From Calditrichota bacterium (GTDB lineage Bacteria; Electryoneota; Electryoneia; Electryoneales; Electryoneaceae): a DNA stretch of 56,254 nucleotides. Shown one piece after another: positions 55,067 through 56,254 of this stretch. Position numbers and translations under genes: made by a program. Under the pieces are notes generated by a model. The model saw nothing but the letters and a program-made list of their open reading frames with translations. It was not told the DNA's origin and searched no databases. The stretch lies in NCBI GenBank assembly GCA_018263585.1, contig JAANWZ010000044.1, positions 702 to 56,955 of the forward strand, read 5' to 3'. Positions within the stretch are counted from its first letter, which is position 1. Each line of letters begins with the position of its first letter.

Positions 55067-56044
55067 ATGTCTGGAAACAACCACTTCGATGTCATCATCC
55101 TCGGCAGCGGACCGGCCGGATACACGGCGGCGATCTACGCGGCGCGGGCGCATCTGGACGTGCTCGTGCTCGAGGGCCTGAACTCCGGCGGGCAGTTGAT
55201 GATCACCACCGATGTCGAGAATTACCCCGGTTTCCCGGACGGGATCACCGGTCCGGAAATGATGGATCAGTTTCGCAGGCAGGCGGAGCGGTTCGGCGCC
55301 GAGCTCGTGCCGATGGACGCGGTGAAGGCGGACGTGCTGAACGGGTCTCCGTTCAAGGTGTCGACGGACGAGCAGGAATACAGCGGCGACGCACTGATCA
55401 TCGCCACCGGCGCGACCGCGAAGTACCTCGGCCTCGAGAGCGAGGATGAACTGAAGGGGTTCGGCGTGTCCGCGTGCGCGACGTGCGACGGGTTCTTCTT
55501 CACGGACAAGGAAGTCGCGGTCGTCGGCGGCGGCGACACCGCAATGGAGGAAGCGACCTACCTCACCCGCCACTGCACGAAGGTGCACATCATCCACCGC
55601 CGGGACGAGCTTCGCGCGAGCAAGATCATGCAGAAGCGCGCGCTGAAGCATGAGAAAATCCAGGTGCACTGGAACAAGGTCGTGATCCACGTGCTCGGCA
55701 GCAAACAGGAAGGCGTGACCGGGCTGAAGCTGAAGGACACGGAGACCGGCGAGATCAGCGAGTTGAAGGTGCAGGGGATGTTCGTCGCGATCGGGCACAA
55801 GCCGAACACCGACCTGTTCCGGGGCGTGCTCGAGATGGACGAGGCCGGGTACATCAAGGCCGATCCGGGCTCGACGCGGACGAACGTGGAAGGCGTGTTC
55901 GCCGCCGGCGATGTGCGCGACAATGTGTACCGGCAGGCTGTCACCGCGGCGGGCACCGGCTGCATGGCCGCGATCGACGCGGAACGGTGGCTGGAAGCGG
56001 AGAAAGCGAAGAAGGAGGAACAGGCCGCCGAAGCGAGCGCGTGA
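55067..56044 (+). CDS. trxB: Thioredoxin-disulfide reductase
   Basis: GSGPAGYTAAIY, GGQL, ENYPGF, GVSACATCDG, VGGGDTAMEEA, HRRD, FAAGDV..YRQAVT. Confidence 0.98.
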   Translation: MSGNNHFDVIILGSGPAGYTAAIYAARAHLDVLVLEGLNSGGQLMITTDVENYPGFPDGITGPEMMDQFRRQAERFGAELVPMDAVKADVLNGSPFKVSTDEQEYSGDALIIATGATAKYLGLESEDELKGFGVSACATCDGFFFTDKEVAVVGGGDTAMEEATYLTRHCTKVHIIHRRDELRASKIMQKRALKHEKIQVHWNKVVIHVLGSKQEGVTGLKLKDTETGEISELKVQGMFVAIGHKPNTDLFRGVLEMDEAGYIKADPGSTRTNVEGVFAAGDVRDNVYRQAVTAAGTGCMAAIDAERWLEAEKAKKEEQAAEASA

Positions 56045-56080
56045 CAATCCACACGGTCTCCCCGGGACACACGCCGTCGC

Positions 56081-56250
56081 CATGCCCGCGGGGACGGGCC
56101 GCAGGCCGTCACCGCGGCTGATACAACGGAGCATGAGACCCGAGGCTGAAGCCCCGGGCCACCCATTCTCTTGACTTACCTTGTGATTATCCTTGACTAA
56201 AGTCAAGGGCAAGTCTGTACAGGCCCGCGGTTGCTCGCAACCGCGGCTGA
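56081..56250. repeat. Mosaic REP cluster (D, C, B, F)
   Basis: catgcccgcggggacgg..tcaccgcggctgat; gagacccgaggctgaagccccgggccac; ccttgactaaagtcaagg; gcccgcggttgctcgcaaccgcggct. Confidence 0.88.
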
Positions 56251-56254
56251 TACA

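Overview
GC-rich bacterial chromosomal window, probably from an uncultured FCB-superphylum-like lineage. This is inferred from a GWxTD protein, large beta-barrel proteins and a secreted protein ending in TWGxLKALFR. About 45 CDSs are supported. They include buk, iorAB, xth, smc, tadA, the rimP-nusA-infB-DUF503-rbfA-nrnA-truB-ribF-rpsO-pnp operon, rsmE and trxB. A mevalonate operon (fni, a fused HMG-CoA reductase/mevalonate kinase, mvaD, phosphomevalonate kinase) lacks HMG-CoA synthase in this window. No rRNA, tRNA or CRISPR array was recognised. The most unusual signal is non-coding: most large intergenic gaps are mosaics of about nine short palindromic repeat families, and one REP-flanked HUH (IS200/RAYT-like) transposase is present. 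A 292-bp, strongly self-complementary element occurs four times. Each copy sits at the centre of the palindrome GGGGACGCTTGC-NN-GCAAGCGTCCCC with the central dinucleotide duplicated (flanks degenerate in one copy), and two empty copies of that palindrome are also in the window. This looks like a site-specific, nested, non-autonomous mobile system. Repeat units have also entered coding sequence: one lies in frame in a large outer-membrane protein and one supplies the truB stop codon. Two apparently catalytically dead enzymes are present (an M3/M2-like peptidase and an RsbW-like ATPase). All calls come from reading the sequence; no database searches were run.
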